NCBI GenBank assembly: GCA_034780895.1
Contig: JAUZTB010000107.1
Span: 92,559,898 to 92,623,897 of the forward strand
DNA: 64,000 nucleotides
Source of the DNA: Rhynchobatus australiae
Taxonomy: Eukaryota
Reading direction: 5' to 3'
Every line of letters begins with the position of its first letter. Position 1 is the first letter of the stretch. The notes under the pieces are model-generated. The model worked only from the letters and a program-made list of their open reading frames with translations. It did not search any database and had not been told where the DNA came from. Below are positions 39,031-52,330 of the stretch, piece after piece. The translations under genes were made by a program, and so were the position numbers.

Positions 39031-39834
39031 TATTTCCATATATATTTGGTGTTATATTGGATAACACTTGTGTGAAACAACAAATGTTCTGCAGGCTGTT
39101 GTTGTTGCAGTATTAATACACCTTTGATAAACTGGGACCGTATATTGCAGGAGTGTAGTTAAAAAGTAAAAGAGGTATAAAGTTGCCTATTGGTGGTAAA
39201 CTCATCCTTCTACTTTTGTTTATTTATGAGGTAGATTGGCCAGTGAAATCCTGAATTATCCTGTCATTTTGAATCGTGATTGCTCAACCATTTTGCAGAA
39301 CTGAAAATCATTATTGCTATGAAGCACGGTGTAGAACTCCCTCAACATAATAAAGACTGGGCCACAGGGATTTATGAAAACATCAGGAGAAAGCCCTCGC
39401 CGTCTATTCAAAGCAAACATTTACTCTTACAATTATGATGCATCTCATAAAGCATCCACTTATCCCATGATGTCCTTGAAAGTGACAGGGGGGATTGTTG
39501 AAATTCCCACATACAAATCAAACATGTACTCATGTTATAAGCCTGGAAAATTTAAGCTAGGAATCTTCTTTCTTTTCCTTGTTTGTAAAGACCAATGCTC
39601 TAATTCAGGAGCAAGGAGTACAGGCCATCTCTTTCCTTTGTTTAGCAGAATGACAGGGAATGAGAACATTCATCAGTCTGTCAAGTCCATACAAGTCCCA
39701 CTCCCAGTCATCTCCCCATAGACCTGCAAGTTTTTCTCTTTTGGATACTTAACTAGCTCCCTTTAGAATTCTTCAATTGAAACTGCCTCCTCTGCCGTCC
39801 CTGCCAGTATATTGCATGTCCCAACTAGCGTTTC

Positions 39835-40130
39835 CATGAGTGGGAGAGTTTTGAACAAATGGACATATTTAAAAGATAAGGGGTCAGTCATTTAAAACAA
39901 AGGTGTGCAGAAATTACTTCTCGCAGAGCAGTGGTGAATCTTTGGAATTCTCTATCCCAGAGGGTTGTGGTGGCTTGGTCACTGGAGTTATTTAAAGTGG
40001 TGGTAGATAATGTTTTGAAAGATTAGGGAATTGAGAGCTATAGGGAAGAGATGAGGTAGAACAGCCGTGGTCATATTGAATGGCAGGGACACCTGAGGGG
40101 TCATGTGGCCTCCTCTTGCTCCTATTTTCC
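39835..40130 (+). mobile_element. CR1 3' end nested in an oppositely oriented CR1 remnant (about 39600-40490)
   Basis: gtggtgaatctttggaattctctatcccagagggttgtgg...ggcctcctcttgctcctattt. Confidence 0.75.
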
Positions 40131-40489
40131 TTTTGGCCTTGTGCTCTAACCAGTTTCAATGCAAAAGAAGAATCTTCATGCCAGTTTTGGTTCTTTTGCC
40201 AGTCACTTTCACTCTCCATTGTCAATACCGTTGCCGATGGGAGGAGATACCACCTACTCTGCCTTCTTAAATACCTCCTATCAGATCTTCTGACACCTTC
40301 TATTTCCAAGAACAACATCAGCTTCTCCATTCTACCACATCAGTAAAGTCTCTCATCCACGGAATCAATTTGGTAAATTTCTTCTGCACTTTCTCTGAAG
40401 CATTTGCACATCTAAAGTGTGGCACATAGAACCGGACACAATACTTCAGTTATGGCTAAATCAGTGTTTAATAAAGGTTCGTCATGAAG

Positions 40490-40635
40490 TAAAAACATAA
40501 AATGCTGGAAACACTCAGCAGGTCAGGCAGCATCTGTGGAAAGAATTAATGTTTCAGGTCGAAGACCCTTCATCAGTGTGTTGATGTTTCCAGCATTTTC
40601 TGTTTTTATTTCAGGATTTCCAGCACCTGCAACTT
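40490..40635. mobile_element. Penelope-derived short fold-back element
   Basis: Inverted arms aaaacataaaatgctggaaacactcagca and tgttgatgtttccagcattttctgtttt around a hammerhead core. Confidence 0.7.
40540..40580 (-). ncRNA. Minimal type-I hammerhead ribozyme core (probably inactive relic)
   Basis: The minus strand reads CUGAUGA-AGGGUC-UUC-GACCU-GAAAC-AUUA: both conserved core boxes with stem II between them. The stem I 5' arm appears lost. Confidence 0.55.
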
Positions 40636-41904
40636 TTTTTTTGCTTCTCATTACTTCATTGCTCTTTTACTCCATGCCCCTAGTATTAAAATGCAGGATC
40701 CAGTTTGCTTCTCTTGCATTTTCAATGGCCAATGCACATATACCCCAGACCTCTCCGTTTCTTGTACCCTTTTTAGAATTGTGCCCTCTAGCTTATGTCG
40801 CCAGATATGGTTAAGAATATTGAGTGAAAAGAATAAAGACAATCTTTGTTTAAAAAGAACACAAGTCTATTGGAAAGCAAGCTCTTAACTGCCTCTACAT
40901 TAAATGGACAATAGCTTCAGATACATCACTTGATGTGTCAACCGCTGTCTCTTTAAGGTTCTGCTATCAGTTCCCCTTTTGTTGCTGCTGATGCAAACTA
41001 AATGGCAGCATTGTCATTGATGTACCTTTTTAAAGCACAACGCATTTCATTCTTTACCACTTTTCACTTCAAGGATCATAAACAGCTCACTGTGAGTCAC
41101 TGCAGCATCTTACTCGATGGGAACTCATCAAATATTCTATAAGCAGACTTTCCAGACACTTGTTTCCACTTTTGAGTTTTTCCATTAAATTTCTGTGGTA
41201 CTTTGTGTAGTACTGTCTAGCTGTTTGAAAGACGTTATGTCACTATAATGTTTATTAGTGTGCTGGCCTTAAGCCCTTGCTTCATGCCTGGGCCAGATCT
41301 ATTCACCACTGGCAGCATGCCTGGGTGATCTTTTGGGGCTTTAAACTAGGAATAGATTTAAGGATTTGAACTAAATCCTACATGAGACAGAAAGAGCCCA
41401 CAGTTAGCATGAGGACGAAAGGAGTAGACAGAGGAAGCTAGGCTTTAAGATTTCACCAGGTTTCATTGTCTCACTGCAAAACTGTGATATAAAGTGGTTC
41501 ATAGAAATGTGGCGTTTTCCATCAACAACAGCCAAACAAAACTGGCCTCAATGAGGGGTTGTTCTTGTTTTTTCAGCACTGTTTTTCACGTGAGTGAATG
41601 TCAGGAAATTAAACTGGACCACAGCCCTACCCTTGTCTTGTACCTCTAAATGTACTTTTTTGGGAAGCTCAGGCAATAGCAATTGTGACCTCTCAACCTT
41701 TCGTTGCAAAAGCATGATAATTATATTCTGGTTTTTGCAATTTAAATTCACTTTGTGAAAATACCGCAAGTGCGCTAGAGTCTCTTCACTGGTGAGAAAA
41801 AGTGGCTAACCTTAATTAGCCAGTCACATTCCAGCAAGATGACATCCATCACCCTGCTCCTTCAATGTTCTTCACTTGGCTTCAGTAGTCACTCTGTCAA
41901 CATT

Positions 41905-42330
41905 GAAATAAACAAAATAAAACAGGAAGTGCTGGGAATACTTAAAAAATCATGAAGGGCACAAGGAGAGAGAAAGGTAATGTTTCAGGGTGATGACCTA
42001 CCATTGGACTTGTTAAAAGTCAGACGTGAACCAGGATTTAAGATGCAGAGAAAGTGATCAGGATGGGAGGTGGGGAGAGAACAGAAGGGAAGGTCTGTGA
42101 TAAAGGGCAGAAAAAAATAAGTGACTAAGAGAAGTGGTAGAACATAGTGAAACAGGATGGCAGAATGGTAAAGAGAATAGTGAAGGACACAGCTTTGGGC
42201 TTGACATGGTGTAAACATATGAGAAACCACCGTGAAAGAAACTGAATTTCTAACATAATGCCACACCGGACACCTTCTCCTCCCCTTTCTTTTCCAGCAT
42301 GTTTGATTTTATTTAAGAGTCGCAGAATTT
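41905..42330. mobile_element. Degenerate Penelope-like terminus
   Basis: aaaataaaacaggaagtgctgggaatac...aatgtttcagggtgatgacc...tttccagcatgtttg. Confidence 0.45.
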
Positions 42331-43399
42331 GCAGTGATGGTTTTTTGAATAAGACACAGTTGCTATTAATAAATTAAGCAATAGATGTGGATAATCTGGG
42401 TTTGGACACATTTACACAGTTGCTATTCTTGTGGGAGTTTTTTTTTACAGAATTTTTCTGCTTAAATGTTTTGAACTACATCAGGATAAATCCTTCCCAC
42501 CAGCTGAGATGACCCATGTTCGTACATAGCTCAGTCAGCAGTGTCTCGTGACTCCTGATTAGGTCCTCGACAGTCAACTACTGAGTATACACTTTTCATT
42601 TGTGAACCCAGCATTTTCAATCTCAGGGTGTCTAATGAGACGTGGTTGAGGTAATTAATATTTTGGACTTTTTTGAAACTCTGAATTCAGGTGAATCTTT
42701 GCCAAAGTATGTACCTGATGCCCCCAACACAGGAGAATGTGAAATACAACCAAATCATTTGAGGAGATATGCAAAACCTCTTAATATAATATTTGTGCCA
42801 TTTGTGACAATCCCAACCACACAAGTAAACTTTTACATCTGTTAACCTCTGCGTAAGTCACTTTCCCCCATACAGTATACAGACCAAAGACACTGGTATC
42901 CCCACAGATTGGTGGACTTCTGCACAGGATTTTATGTTTATGTGACCCCTTGTTTAGGCACTATTGGTGCCAATTTGATGTATGATGTGCTTCTATCTTT
43001 GAAGAGCAAGTCATGCTGCATTGGAGTGCTTGCATGCGGGGCACTCTGAGCTGTTTCATATGTGCAAGTCAGACAGATTGTGTACCAACAGCACATGATG
43101 TTGATTTAATAGTAATACTGCAGAAATTAAAGAAATCGTCGATTACTGACAACTTAGTTGCTAATCTTTTCTCATTAGTTGCTGATTTTAATGGAATATT
43201 TGGTGCTTCCAGATCGTAGCGACTTCAGGCAGACATGTGTCTGGAGCTCAACGAGTTTGTGTTGACTTTGAAGCTGATTAAGACACTACTGTTCCCACAC
43301 AAGATATTTTACTTGTTATCCCTCTTGCAAGGAGGATAGGAAAGGGCATATAAAGGAAGATAATGCAAGATGAGGGCGTTTGAACAGAAGGAAGGGGAA

Positions 43400-43865
43400 A
43401 AGGCCACTTCTACCATGTGTCTTCTGGGGAAATTCTCCTCCGTCCATCTCAGTGAATGATAATGCTTGAGGTGCCAGAAATTCACACAGGAGAAGATCCG
43501 CACAGAAATATGCCTTATGTTCCAACCACACTCCAACTGCATAACCTTACATGGACCCCTTTGCCAACGCACATCAGGAGCATGGTGGCCATGATCTTCC
43601 ACACATTGAGCTCCTACCAAGCTGAAGCTGGAGATACCTGCATTATTCACAGACATTATTTTAAGAGAGCTGAAATCATCTCATTCTACCACGCCACAGA
43701 ATAGCAATGGAATGAGGCTTTGTCTAGACTGCAACATTTCCAATATGGCAAGGTGCCATTAATTGCACTTGGATCACTAGAAGTGCCCTGCATGTCACAT
43801 TGGAGATGTATGTGCACTCTCAATATAGAGCTGGTGTGTGAACATACAGCACATCATGCAGGACT
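43400..43865 (+). mobile_element. Harbinger (PIF/HARBI1-like) transposase pseudogene fragment
   Basis: SSYQAEAGDTC...FKRAEIISF, then FPIWQGAINCT (about 43746) and LNIELVCEH...HIMQ (about 43819). Compare Harbinger GSFQ..GD.C, FP.VQGAIDCT and LNVQLVCDH. Frameshifted, with the catalytic D changed to N. Confidence 0.75.
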
Positions 43866-46800
43866 GTAACTGATAGTGAGGCAGCACTCACAATGCTTTC
43901 AATAGTGTCATGGACACAAGGGGACCTCTTTCCGTGCTCTACAACTCCAATGATTCTCTTCTATGTGGCTGTCCATTGCCCCATGAGTTGATGAACAACC
44001 TTAACAAACTAAAGGCCTACTGAGCAACAAAAGTATTTCCTTAAGCGCAAGTCTTCAGACTGTCTTGTGCATTGGTACTTTACGGTAAACATGCCATTCA
44101 CTATCCCCAGAGACCTGACATTTTTTTCCTCTTTTCAAAATATATCCACTTACGCACTTTTTCATCTTTGTTGCTGTAGTTATAGTCTTCACAAGTGCTA
44201 TCTCAAAAATAAGTAACAGATGTTTAGTATTCTGATTGGTCCAATTTTGGCTGGCATCATTTGGACGGCAGAATTTCGAGTTGGCTTGCTTCGACTTGCC
44301 TGGATTGCAAATTCAGCTCTAGTATGAACGTGGTCTGGCAGTCAGTGTAACGTCACTAGGAATATTGCAGCACACTCTGGTGATAACAAGGATAAACCGG
44401 CAAGCCAAGTATCTCCAGAGTATTCCGCCTCTAGACATTAAACATGTAAAACTGACATTGAAAATAATACGAGGGAAACAATAACAAATTCCTTGACTGG
44501 AAAATCCATGATCACTTATGTTTCTGTTTTAGAACTGTTAACTCAACTGGCACAACACACTATTTTACAGTCAGCAGCCATAGAGTAGCATAATGAAGAT
44601 GGGAATAAGGATGCACCATCTTACCTTGTCTGTCCTTTAGATTAATATCCAGAACATGTACAAGTGTGTTTAATATTTCCCCTGTGCCTGCCCACCCCAC
44701 CCCACCCGCACAGACTGGTACCAAGTCTGTAAGGAACTAAGTTCCCAATCTAACAGGAGTCTAACTTAGGAGTGGGTTGGGTGGGATACTGCCGCTCAAA
44801 GCAACCCCTGGCTTACTTAATTATGACATTATACTTAAAGTTCACTTGTCTAGTGCAGAGTCATATCCAAAACCCGAATGGTAAATGTGATTGGGTCCCC
44901 AGTGCAGGTGTCATTTCCATACCGTGATGCTATGTATACTTTATCATTAACAAGTGCAAAATACTTTTGCATGTTCAATGCTGCAGATGTCATAGCCCAT
45001 GAACTCTGAAACTGGCCAAAACTGGAAGAGATGAGGTCTGCTTCATGTTAAAGGGCACCACAGCTTACCATTGTACCGAGTCTCCCAACCAGCTTCTCCC
45101 CCACCTCTTGCCACTGGATTCCTCAAGGCTCCACTTGAATAGCAAGTTGACCACTCCTACCGCCTCCTCCCTAATCAGGACTGAACCCCTTGAACCCTGG
45201 CATCTTCTTCCACCAATGGCCTGCACAACAGAGGCTCCAAAACCTCTGGGCCCAATCCTCCCTATCACAGTCTCTCCACACTTTACCAATGAGCTTCTCT
45301 CTCCTTCCCTGCCTCATCCCCAACTTTGCCCCCTCTCCCTTGTGATTTGTGAACTACTAGACATCCTCGATAATGGGGAAAGCAGAGGAGGAAAGGTACT
45401 TCTTTTCTCTGCTCTGATCTATTAAATATGACACTTGGGCCTCATGCACAATAGAATTTCACTGCCAGGGAACAACACCCAAAATTGCTATAAGCCCCCT
45501 GCACAGGCATACTTAGCATACTTTCCAGATGCTGAAAACATCTATATTTGTTTACTTTGTTTTCCTCGTTTACCCCATGCCACCAATTATTTGTGAGAAT
45601 AGGTGATCAGCTCAAATGTCTATCAACGTTAATCTGTAAGTGTACACCAGGAAGTGTGCACAATAATTTCTGGTTTTCCGTGACTACCTTTGGGGAAACT
45701 CCAATCAGACTTAATTGCCATCTACTGGTCAGTGGATTGGAACCTGCAAATGTGGCAGCAAAATTTGATGAAACAATAAATAAGCCAAAGAGAAGTTCCT
45801 CTCATCTGGATGCTGCTGAACTTACACAGCTACAGTCAGTGCCCTCCAATAAAAATTAGTATCTTCTGGTCCAGTATTTGGTGAAAATTCATGAGAGAAA
45901 TGAACTGTGTATAATATTTTTTCCCAATGAATTTATTTCAGTATATTTCTATGTTTGTCTACTGTGTTAGAAAAATTGGATACATATAGCTCTCCACATA
46001 AATTATTAAGATTTATGGAAGAATAAACATCAATTCTTGAGACTTTTGATAGTCATATTTGTACAAGATGATATCATTGATTTGACTGAAAATAAAAACC
46101 AGGAGTGAAGTAACAGGCTGTCCATTCAATATAACCTATTCCTTACAATCGCACGGTCAAAATTACCCATCTGAAATCAGAAGATATTACAGTAGCTCTG
46201 AGATAAGAGTATTTCTATTTTTAAAAATTCTGTAGTTATGCTTTGTATTCTCACACAAAAGGCTGCTCTAATAAAACCCTGGCATGGTGCCCCAGCTGTT
46301 GCTAGTTTGTGTAGTGCAGAACCGTTGTCCTATTTGAAATAAAATGTGCTGACCACTCACACACAATGACCTTTAAAACTGGACCGCCGTATTCCACTTT
46401 CATTCAACCAGGTCACTTTCAATCTGGGATGAGAGGGATAATATCCTTTTACAAAGCTAACTTAACTTGGAAGAAATGCTGGATAGGTTTGGGCTTAAAA
46501 ATTATAATGATAATTTCACTTCAAAACAGCAAAGGGCTGTGACAAAACTCCACGGCAATTTTCGCCTGAGCTTGAGTATAATACAGTCTCAGTAAGAAAA
46601 AGGCCTATCTGTTATCAATCTTCCAAGTGCTGGAGGAAATGGAGGATGCTGACCTGAAGCCCACTCCCTTGGGTCAGTGCATGCTGGGAAGGAAAACAGA
46701 CCACAGAGCAGACAATTTTCAGCTTGGCTGCATTCACTTTCTCTACTAGGCCCCATGAAAACAAACTGACATAACAAAGGACGCAAAATTAATGACCCGT

Positions 46801-48829
46801 AGTCTTTGTCAATTGACTCCTGGTACCAGCAGCCAATTCACCTTAATTTTTTTTTTCACTTTTGTAAACTTTCAACATGTCCTCTGGCATCTGGGCTGAG
46901 ACTCTTGGCATTAAACTCTTCAAAGAGTTCAGTTGTTGCCTCTTTTTGTAATTTGTTAATCTAAGTGTAATTATGCCTCTAAAACAACAAACAAACCAAT
47001 AGTTTTGGATCAGCGTTAAGCTATTAGCTGAAACATTTAAGATAGGAGTTAATTAAAATCACCTCCCCAGTGTAGTCTTGTATTTCATAGAGAGGACTAA
47101 TCAATAACAACTGTCAAGATATTCTTTCAGTTTAAGGACTCACATGAAGAATATGTCTCAACACTTCAAGTCACATCAAAGGACGATTTAATCAAATTCT
47201 CAAGTTGAATTGTGTGTAGTAAAATAATTTCAAAACTCCAACCCTTAAACCAGTACGTGCTCTTTAATTTGTTTTGCCTACAGGAGATGTCATCCCAAAT
47301 TTCCTGGAATAAACCCACAGGTATCCAGTATTCACTGGTGCAATGTAGCAAAAAGAAAAAGAACCCGGACTTGAGAAGGGAGTGAGTAAGGGAGGGATAT
47401 AAGGAATAATTGCATAATCTGTAACGAGAAATAAATAAACAGACATGTCTCAAAGAAAAATAGAACATTTTGCTGATGGAAGAATTCTTCAAGTGAATGC
47501 ATTTAACTCACAGTTCCAATACTTGGTGAATCAGTGTCAACAGTTCTTAAAGAAAATGGGATGCTGACAGAAGTGGGATTCTGTGACATTCTAGGTTATA
47601 ACGACAACCCTGAATTGTCACAACATTATCATTCTGCCACTAATTCTATCTGAAATAAGAATTTACTGGACTTGTTGACTCCCTGAATTGAAGTTACACT
47701 CAAATAAGTCACAATCTTATTTAACAGAGGAACAGAGTTGAGGGGCTGTGTGACGGCAACTCCTAATTTGTATGTTTGTTTGTTTGTACATATGTTCTAC
47801 TCTCTTCCAAACTGTCTCAGGTTTATATTTGCTTGTTTGAAGTTGCTTTGGGAAATTGGCATTCCCATGGACTCATTCTCTCAATGAGCTGTGCACCTCT
47901 GGTAGAAAAACTGTAATCTAGCAGCTGTTTGTGAGCACAGCTGTGAAAATGTATTGCAGTGGACACACAGTAACTCTCAGACCTGCAGTTTTGCTGGGTT
48001 CAGCAGTTTTAAGTAACAGGGAGACAGAATATACAGTATGTGTCAGAGCGTTAATGCTGGAGAATCTGCTCATGATCCAGTGCCAGGTTAGGCCATTGAT
48101 CTCACTGGAGTTTGTAGAAGTGCAGGGAAGGAAAGAAAGAAAACAAATTAAGCTGTTCTTATGAAAAAATGCACTTTGATTTTAATAATTTACAAGTGTT
48201 TTTAATTGTCTTTACCAGTCCCGATGCCTTCCAACTCCCATTTACATGTTCCAACCTTCCAAATGAAGATCCTTCTGTCTGTAAGCTTCTGGCACCACCT
48301 TGTTAGGTTTAGAACCTCAAGGTGTTATACTTATGATCTGGGGAGAGACTCTTCCCACACTTATTTGTGCCTATTTTATGTAACATTTCAAAAGAATAAT
48401 TTAATTATAAACTGCATCCAAGGAAATGTTAAGACTCTTGTATGAGATAGCTAGAACATGTCTGAGAAATTCCAAATAATTCCTTCAGAAATATTTGCTG
48501 AAATAAACAGCTCTTGCTAAACAAACACCTCCTGTAACCACTGTGAATACATCATAATCTTCAGTTTGTATAGAGGTGATCTCATTGTATTGTTATGGTC
48601 ACAAGTCATGGATTCAGAATCATTATTGGAAGGTGAATATTTATCAATTTACGACTATTTTCTGCTCCTGAAAAATAAAATAACTATTTTTGTTTTTTTT
48701 CTCAGATGTTGCAGCTGCTATAGGAAGCTAATCATCCTTGGATCCTTGGTTACAAGTTCAACACTCCTGATTTAATGTCTTCAATTTAAAGTCCCAATTG
48801 CCAATGAAGACTCCTGCTACATAGCATCA

Positions 48830-49020
48830 GTTTGGCTCAGTTAGCTGCTACTGACTCCCAAGTTGTGGGTTCAAAGCCCATTCAAGCATCTAAGTTCATA
48901 ATCTATGTTGGCGTTTAGGTGGTGGGGGAATACCACATTGCCAGATCTACCTCCTTCAGCTGTGATATTAAACTGAGCTCCATCTTTTCATTCAGGTAAA
49001 AGTTAAAAATCAAACGGCAT
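48830..49020 (+). mobile_element. Degenerate Deu-domain SINE
   Basis: tggctcagtt...gttgtgggttcaaagccca (A/B boxes) followed by a Deu-like core. Confidence 0.5.
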
Positions 49021-49174
49021 ACCCTGGAAAGAGCCCACCTAGTTTCAGAGGACTATAGTAGTTCAAGACTGTGGCTCACCACCACCTTCTCCTTCCAGGG
49101 TAATTGGACATGGGCAATAAATATTAGCCTTGGCTGGGATTTACTCATCCCAAAATATGAATAAAATATCATTC

Positions 49175-49527
49175 AGACAGCAGAGAGGCTCAGCCAGTAG
49201 AGCTGCTGCCCCATAGCTCCAGAGACCAGGGTTTGATCCTGACCTCTGGTGTTGCCTGTGTGTGACTTGCACGTTCTCCCTGTGACTACCAGGATGCTCC
49301 AGTTTCCTTCCACATCCAAAGATGTGCAGGTCAGTAGGTTAGTTGGCTGCTGTAAACTACATCTAGTGTTTGGGTAAGTGGTAGAATCTGGGGGTTAGTT
49401 AATTAAAACATGGAGAGAATAAAATGAAATTTGCATAAGGTTAGTGTAAATGGGTGCTTGATAGTCAGCACAGACCCGGTGGGCCGAAGGGCCTGTTTCT
49501 GTGGTGTATCAGTCTATGACTCTATGA
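49175..49527 (+). mobile_element. HE1-type V-SINE (older, CR1-derived tail)
   Basis: Homologous to 1540-1880. Ends gggccgaagggcctgtttctgtggtgtatcagtctatgactctatg. Confidence 0.85.
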
Positions 49528-51609
49528 TCATTCACCTTTGCTGGCCATGCCTTCTATTATGCAAGCCCCAAGCTATGGAATTCTCCCTCTGAACCAAACC
49601 TTGTAGTCCCCCCCTCCTCTGCTTCCTTAAAACCTAAGGTCCCATCTTCTTTGGCCATTACCTATTTTTTTTCTGACTGCTTTCCCGCAAAAGTCATTGA
49701 AAATGTTTTCTCTGTTAATGTATTTTATTTATTGAGATTTCACTCATTACATCACTACAGTGCTGCAGTCTGTTGAGAACAGGGCTGTAGGATCAAGCGG
49801 AATAAAACAATTAAAATACGTATTATGCTGAAGAATATTAGCAAGATGTTAGTTACCTGCAAATCTTTAAAAGGTTTAATGCTAAGAATTCAAGCCAGAG
49901 ATTTACTTTAACCAGTCTCTCACACGTCAGTGCTCCTCACAACAAGTCATACATCTTTATTTCTGTTGGTTTTATTAATTTCACTTGAGCAATGACAAGC
50001 TGTTCTCATTGTTCCAGCTAATCCGCTAGAGGAAATATGTTGGCACGCTGGCAAATATCCTTGGCTCCCCTAAATTGTTTGCAAATAGTTTCATTGTTCG
50101 TGTTTAAGTCTGTGGAAACAGCAGCAACTCACTAGAGGCTGCCCAGTGAGCTTACATCTGCCCACATGGCACAGGCTGGAGTAAGCTCATCTATTATTGT
50201 CTGTTGCTATCTTCTACTTATCTTGTGTAAGTGCACCAGGACATAAAAAAAACATTTACTCTTATCATTAGATTGAGTTTTTCTTCCCCCTTTCCTTCCC
50301 CCCATAATACTCAATAACGTGTAATGAAGTATCACATAGGTTAATCATTATAGCAGATCAATCTACATAGTCACATAGCACTGCCACTCGTGATCACGTT
50401 ACACTGCCTCACAATCAACACAGCACAACTTCTAAGAGGACAACAGAAGGACGATAAAGAAATAATTACTTATGAAAGATGCTTCAGGATTAGTTTATAA
50501 TTTTTCTTATTGATCTCTGGTTAAGAGCATGACCTTTACAGAAGAAGGCATACTTTCACTTAATGTGTTTTATGTTTTGAAAGTGGTTCATAAAAATCAA
50601 TGATTTATCTTGTTTTCTTTTAGCAGCAGCCAGTTTACAGTTTCCGAATCATATGGACTGCCTCCATTCCAAGAATTTATTCCAAAATAATTTATTTTTT
50701 AAATTAGAATCCAGTACACAGAGATTGTTCTGTTCCATTTCATGACCCTTTTAATGTTGAAATGGGGAAGGCAGGACTCTTTTCCAGGCAGGTTATTAAA
50801 TTTCAGTGATCTGGTGATATAATCAATACACATATATGCAGACTGGGCTTGGGTCTGCCTCCAGTTCACACAGGCAGAGTACACCAGGACGTGGTTGCAT
50901 CGGGTAAAAGCAAACCATTTGAAATCTTTGCCGATCTTCACTCTGAATTGAATCAAATGGAAATGAAAGTCGGGAAGTATATCTCTGTTACTTCACAGTT
51001 CCTAGGTCTAGGAATTCAATTGTGTAGCACATGTTTTTGCATGCATTACATGCTTTAATGGAGATATAAAACTGATGGCAGGATGCGATTGGGTCTTTTT
51101 AAGCATGCATAAGCCCATGATTTGACTTTGAATCATGTGTTTATGTGCGTGTCATGGACTTTTGCACGCGAGATACGGGGCATGAAATGGTGACACAGCT
51201 TGGAGGGCAATACACATTCAACTTTGATACTGAATCCTTACAGCATGAAGGAGCAGAGTGGGCGATGAACAGAAAAGCAAGCCCCACTAGAAGAAAGCTC
51301 CTTAAAGAGCAGGCCTTACTTACGTTATTATTGGGGAATCCATTGCAGAAGGTATTTGATGGACCCAGCACAGATGCAATGATAGGCCAGAATTCTGAAC
51401 ATTTTGCAGATGAGGTCTACATTTTTTCCCCAGGGTCCCTCTCCCCACCTCTCAATGTTCCAGCCACTACCCCACTCCCAAAACTCACCACCCCTGGGTC
51501 TTTCATGTTCTCCAACCCAATGTTGGAGAAGTGGATACTCAGAACCATGTGTGTCATTGCATTCTTTTCATTAGGTCACTTCAAGTCAATCTCGTACTTC
51601 CAGCAGTAA

Positions 51610-52330
51610 GTCCAGCAGAGAACTGCCATTTTCAGAGTACCAACCATGTCTGCGCAACACACAGGTTAAAATGCAGTTCACATACACCTTCCAAATTTAT
51701 ATGGGGTTACTATCACACAGAAGATAATGAATGCGCTGTTCACAAACTTGATGCCTGATACTTCACTTATGCACAAAAGTCACTCCACAGTGGCCCCACA
51801 TCAAAATATCATGGGGCCTCTGCATATCACCATTTGAGTTTTTTGTTATGTATTTCAGCCCTCAGTCTATAACCTCAGGAAAATGTTCTCATTTATATCT
51901 CTGGTCCAGTGAGGATAACCTTAGGCTTCCCTACGATGAACTCTATCTGGTACAGATTTGCTCAATTATTTAATCTATGTTCCCTTGCAACTTCTTGCAC
52001 TCATCCATTCTGTCCCCCCAAACTTAGTGTTTATGTAGAACATTGGATATACAATATAAATTAACAACGATTCATTTTAAATGAAAATCTAAGGCCCCAC
52101 TATAAATCTCTGGAGACACCACTTGTTCCACACTGCAAACCAGAGATTGTCGCCTTTATCCGTCTCTTATCTTCCAATCAATCGTTGACTCACATCACAA
52201 AGTCAGCTCCATCCCCAAGCATTTTCATTTCTACTAATAATTTCTTGAATGGAACCTTATCATATGCCGATTGGTAATTAATCGATTGTCACTCACCCAT
52301 CAACCATGGTAATGACTTCTAGAAAGAATG
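51610..52330 (-). mobile_element. Decayed CR1 LINE RT/3' fragment abutting the EGF exon
   Basis: Minus-strand translation FFLEVITMVDG...AYDKVPFKKLLVEMKMLG...*VND*LEDKRR...SGLQCGTSGVS...TKFGG matches CR1 RT motifs FFEEVT..VD.G, AFDKVPH..LL, VTSGVPQG and DDTKLGG. It contains stops and frameshifts. The 3' end near 51610 is weakly defined. Confidence 0.8.

Noticed and set aside
45045-45425. 126 aa Pro/Leu-rich ORF
   Set aside because: C-rich composition typical of a LINE 5' remnant. No domain recognised.
51145-51609. 154 aa plus-strand ORF
   Set aside because: Non-ATG start, no recognisable domain, and no convincing splice context.
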